Below, in pieces: positions 60,620 to 64,000 of a stretch of 64,000 bases of DNA. The notes under the pieces are model-generated. The model was not told the DNA's origin. It made no database searches and saw nothing but the letters and a program-made list of their open reading frames with translations. The DNA comes from Octopus sinensis (Eukaryota). The first letter of the stretch is position 1, and the number at the start of each line of letters is the position of its first letter. Both the position numbers and the translations under genes were made by a program. The stretch covers positions 131,688,001 through 131,752,000 of the forward strand of contig NC_042999.1 of NCBI RefSeq assembly GCF_006345805.1, in the 5' to 3' direction.

Positions 60620-60835
60620 CGCAAGGTGCCGAGCTGGTAGAATCGTCGGCACGCCGGGTAAAATGCTTAGCGGCATTTCGTCCGTCTTTACGTTCTGAGT
60701 TCAAAATCCGCCGAGATCAACTTTTTCTTTCATCCTTTCGGGGTCGATGAAATGAGTACCAGTTAAGCACTGAGATCGATGTGATCGACTAGACCTCTCC
60801 CCTGAACTTGCTGGCCTTGTGCCCAAATTTGAAAT
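60620..60835 (+). mobile_element. SINE family M
   Basis: GGTGCCGAGCTGGTAGAATCG head, core and TTTGAAA tail. Confidence 0.8.
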
Positions 60836-60996
60836 CTATATTGTCCAGTGACACCTGTGGGTTACCCATGCGAGAAACTGATGTCCTTTTCATAGGAACG
60901 GTTGGTGCTCTCAGCTTAACTAAACACTGAAAATCCCTATAAGCTCCTACCATTTAGTTGGGTCTGCCAGTCTATTGGATACCGGATTAATGGACA

Positions 60997-61035
<39 letters not shown>

Positions 61036-61544
61036 TCTCTCTCTGTGAAGGTGAAAATGAAGCCCGGTGGGAATCATAATATCAGACAGGAACGCATAAT
61101 CTGGCATAGCTTTAAATGTGAAGACTGCAAGAAACTAAAGGGTATGACATGTACACAAAAATACACGCGCATGTATAGATAAACACGTACTCTCCCGGTA
61201 TTCTATAAATGAACCCCTTATTGAAAACGTCGTATTGTGTGTTCATCAGGCATATCTTCTTTAACAAATATTGAGCTCAAGTGGAAGGAACAGTTCACAA
61301 ATAACTGGGGGAAAGTGATTAATAAAATGTAAAGAGTACTGGGGTATCAGCATGTACTAACACATAGCTAATAACATACCAAGATAACACACACACATAC
61401 ACGTACACACATATCTATGTAAGTATCGAGAATTCTTTTACGATCTTTTAGATTGTAAAGAAACTTTTATAAAGAAACATTCATTTTACTGCTACGACTG
61501 CTAACAAATAAAAGTGTGTGTCCTGAGAATATATTCTTTTATTC

Positions 61545-61935
61545 TTGTATTCTTTTGTGTTTCAGCCTACAGGCTGTAGCCATACTGGATCACCTCCAAT
61601 ATCATCACCTTTTCAATAGCTATTCCTATGTGGTTGGTTATGGGTGAATGAGGGAGTTTGATACTGCTGCCCTAATTTGAGTTTCTTGCTTTCTGGGAGG
61701 GTCAAGGTGCTTCATGAAAACATCTTCTCCCATTCCATGTAGATCTCTCAGGTTTTTTGGCAAGATATTAAATAGCTGTTGACCTTTGAATCCCAAGCTT
61801 TTGCAGTACATTGTCCTTACTATAGACGGGATATGGAACATTTGGCCTGCACATCTTGACCCCTTGCCACCTTGAAGTAACCTCTGCTATCTCCACAACC
61901 AACTTAATGGCCTTTTGCCAACTGGCCCCTGTAAT
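61545..61935 (-). mobile_element. 3' fragment of the CR1-group LINE family seen at 54353-55522
   Basis: YCKSLGFKGQQLFNILPKNLRDLHG..AAVSNSL; tail GGTGATCCAGTATGGCTACAG..GGCTGAAAC. Confidence 0.8.
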
Positions 61936-62810
61936 GCCACACACGCACGCACGCACACACACACACATATGCATACACATCCATATTTATTATTTATTAA
62001 AATGGTTCGTGAGAGTCTGTCAAATGTTTTGCTCCTTTGCTTTTTTTCAGACAAATGATAATCTATAACGGATGGTTGAATGTATAATGATTAACTCATG
62101 AAGTTCTAGAAAGACATTATGGGGGTAAAATATTTGAAGATAAGAACTTTTGTTTTAAATTTAAAGTGCAAAAGAATTATTAAACATTTTGTTGTTTGCC
62201 ATGAATCAGTTTGATATAATTGTAATTCTCATCGTATAACACCGTCCGGCATACTTTATTTCATGAGTGGCTTCTGGTTCATGACTAACCCTTCAAGTAT
62301 AAAATTGCATGTGTGCTGGATTCTCTTGTTCATGAATGTATCTTGCTGTTTATTCGATCAGCGACGCTACCTACACTTTGAACTATACTGTAAATAAGAA
62401 AATTACTATTTTTAAATCTCACAGCATGAGATATTCAGCAACAGTACTTTTTAGTAAAGATTGTTTGCCAAAACAATTGTTTTTTAGGTTGATGCGTTGG
62501 TGTAATGGTAGCACAACTTGTTGCGAGGTGTGTGTTCGAGTCGCACGCGTACAGGAAAACCTACTTTTTTGTGGTGCACCTGAGCACTGTATACAACAAT
62601 TTCATTATTATTATTATAAAATAACATGACAGTCCTGGCTTAGGACGACTGTTGTGGCTGTAATTTAGCCCCAGGAGACATTGTCTCCAGCTGGATATAC
62701 GACACGATGTGTCCTTATATTTTCGAACAAGGGATTCTAGCACCCCCACTCAGCTCAAAACAATATCTGTATATCGCGATTTCCGGATTATTTACTGTAT
62801 ATATACCATA

Positions 62811-62856
62811 AATAGTTGAATATTTCGTAGATACTTGTACTCTTCAGAACCTTTTG
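62811..62856 (-). ncRNA. probable degenerate hammerhead motif
   Basis: CTGAAGA(62847-62841)-GTA caagtatc TAC-GAAA-TAT-TC(62818); stem I AAAAGGTT / AACTATTT; stem III imperfect. Confidence 0.45.
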
Positions 62857-63087
62857 CTTATCCTGTTTTCCTGGCATCCATTCCCCGCTCCCCCTTTTTT
62901 TTTTCTTCGACCACTAGATTAACTTTGGACTTATGAAAAGAAAGCTTTATAATACTATGAACATATAAAACAAGGGCTAACTAAACGTCCGAATACAAGA
63001 GAAGTGTTTAGGACAAACTTATGAAAAATGCTTTGGACAGCCAAAGGGCTAATGTAATCATCAGGTAGAATCAGTTTGACGCATTGT

Positions 63088-63161
63088 ATGGACTGTACTC
63101 GTAACTCAAACGACCAGTCACACACACGAAGCTGGTCGTTTGAATTACGAGTACCGTCCAT
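63088..63161. other. 30-bp near-perfect hairpin with a 14-nt loop
   Basis: 63088-63117 is complementary to 63132-63161 at 28 of 30 positions. Confidence 0.85.
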
Positions 63162-64000
63162 CATCTAGTGTAGTGTAAAGTTGACCGATAGTTCCTCAGT
63201 AACTTCAACGAATCTTCTGGTAGAATCAGTGTGGCACACTGAGTGACTAGAGCGACGTCACGAATGACATATACCGGCCCGTTTGACTGGATTCGACACA
63301 GTTTTCGTTTATATAATTTCACCATAAGTCCTGGGTTGTTTCAGGCCCTTTCCCAAGGTGTTGTGCGCAGTGGTAGCGGAACTAGCATCTCGTGATTCCG
63401 AAGCGATCTTTTTAGCCATCCAATTATGCCTGTACATGTGTGTGTGTGTACGCGCGCGCTCGTATGTATATCTCTGTATCGACCAGACTATCGGCTGAGT
63501 GGACTGGTGCTGCATGAAATAAATTGTTTTGCTCATGAACACAGCGCACCGCCGGTTGGGGAATCGAAACCACGCTCTTGCGATCGTGAGTGCAATATCC
63601 TTACCACTAGACCACGCACACACACACATTGCAGACGTGGCCAGAGGAGGGCGGATAGATTCACAAGAATCCCTCCATTTCCAGTAGCGTCATACTAATG
63701 AAAATTATTATCTAACATTTATTTTAATTTTGTGGGTTTCTTTTTATTTCACATATTTTTGACATTTTAATAACTAGGGAAACCCCCACCTTAAGTCCTG
63801 GCTTCACCCATATATACATATGCAAACGCATGTTGTTCATCTATGCTTCTAAGTTCTTGCGATTTTACTTTGATATGTCAAGCGATTAATGTACACACCA
63901 ATCTGATTAAAGAAGCGTCTTCCGGATTTAGGAAATCTGAGGAAATGTATAAATATATTGGTGACTCACATTTTGTTATTTGCTCGTTCTGTTCTGATTG

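Overview
AT-rich, microsatellite-dense animal DNA made almost entirely of mobile elements; no host protein-coding exon, true tRNA/rRNA gene or CRISPR array could be supported. The SINE families and repeat landscape suggest an octopod cephalopod (inference from recalled families, no search run). Contents: three near-full-length L1/Tx1-clade LINEs (one with an intact 1133-aa ORF2 and a 13-bp TSD), 5'-truncated CR1-group, RTE and R4/Dong-type LINE pieces, Tc1, maT/DD37D, mariner, pogo-like and hAT relics/MITEs, a Helitron-like element, three tRNA-derived SINE families in dozens of copies, and TTAGGG-cored fold-back elements. Most notable: (1) an apparent Tx1-SINE system in which the LINEs and one SINE subfamily share a 3' tail and insert repeatedly at (G/C)GTAT inside the SINE itself; (2) a perfect AG|GTAAGT splice donor just upstream of the ORF2 ATG in all three divergent Tx1 copies; (3) two well-formed and two degenerate minimal type-I hammerhead ribozyme motifs with no Penelope ORF in the window; (4) a second LINE-SINE pair (CR1-group LINE and CORE/OR2-like SINE) sharing a 3' tail. 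All alignments and folds were done by eye.
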